Shown: one piece after another, positions 63,382-64,000 of the stretch
Numbering within the stretch: position 1 is the first letter of the stretch
Layout: every line of letters starts with the position of its first letter
Source of the DNA: Haliotis rubra
Lineage: Eukaryota
Length of the DNA stretch: 64,000 nt
Assembly: GCF_003918875.1 (NCBI RefSeq)
Contig: NW_025767309.1
Coordinates: forward strand, 62,001 to 126,000
Direction: 5' to 3'
Notes under the pieces: model-generated
Told to the model about the DNA's origin: nothing
What the model saw: the letters and a program-made list of their open reading frames with translations, nothing else
Databases searched by the model: none
Translations under genes and position numbers: made by a program

Positions 63382-64000
63382 GTAAGAGGAAGCTTTTTCT
63401 GTTCAGAAGCCTCAGGGTTTCTGAGGCACCCCATTTCTGACATCCACTGAAAGGATTTATTTGGTGTTAACCCCATGGGTATTCCAGCTTAGAATTCTTT
63501 ACCTTCAACCTTTGCTGGTTGTCAGAGGCATCTTAGTGAAATGGTTGGTTTGACTCAGTGACTTGTTGATTGCATGACAGTAAATATTGCATTCAATAAG
63601 GCACAGGGTTGTCTGATCCAGTTCTGATTATTTACATGCTGAGGCACCATGGTAATCTGAGATACCAATTTCATGTTGCAGAGTTGCCTCCCTTAGGCAT
63701 GTCAGAACCTTTTGATTAGTTTCCAGATAGGGTCTTATTCTCTTTGTCTGTTCGCATCATGCTCGTGGGTTTCGCCAAAGTGTCACATTGAAGACATGGA
63801 TCAATTTGGGATTTTTACCCATATTATAACTTTGGGATTTTTACCCATATTATAACCCAAATGAGTAGGGGTTGGGTTCAAAATGAAATAAAAAATAGTC
63901 CTCTCACTTGCCTGATTCACTTGTGTCAGTGAGTGCTGTCAGAAGGTTGGAATATTGGAGTGCAGAGTTTCATGTCTAATTAATAATTCCTCTTTCCACC

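Overview
This is eukaryotic, intron-rich, AT-rich animal DNA; the SINE repertoire and a protamine-like H1 gene suggest a mollusc, probably a gastropod such as abalone (inference). Host genes are DPH5 (minus strand, 1920-7311) head-to-head with the HECT E3 ligase UBE3C (plus strand, 24 coding exons, 7589-30735), a two-exon gene encoding a coiled-coil plus Cys/His zinc-finger protein of unknown identity (minus, 39697-41253), a solitary intronless H1-related protamine-like (PL) gene with a canonical histone 3' stem-loop (minus, 44063-44671), and the 5' exons of a charged-protein gene weakly resembling CC2D2A (plus, from ~50986, running off the window). Two DIRS1-type tyrosine-recombinase retrotransposons lie in introns. 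The first (16311-21490) has textbook ITR/ICR architecture. The second (55738-61779) is decayed, nested in a Tc2-like DNA element, and unusually bounded by inverted repeats that extend 52 bp past the canonical DIRS ends. There are at least three SINE families with TSDs, hAT- and MULE-like MITEs, and four tandem arrays, of which one is clearly and two are possibly derived from SINE fragments. The most interesting candidates are the extended inverted ends of DIRS copy 2, a conserved H-type pseudoknot at the 5' end of a non-tRNA SINE (possible self-processing RNA), the SINE-tail+TSD satellite, the PL gene and the orphan zinc-finger gene. Several exons are garbled or missing, most likely from assembly errors. 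No CRISPR, rRNA or intact tRNA gene was seen.
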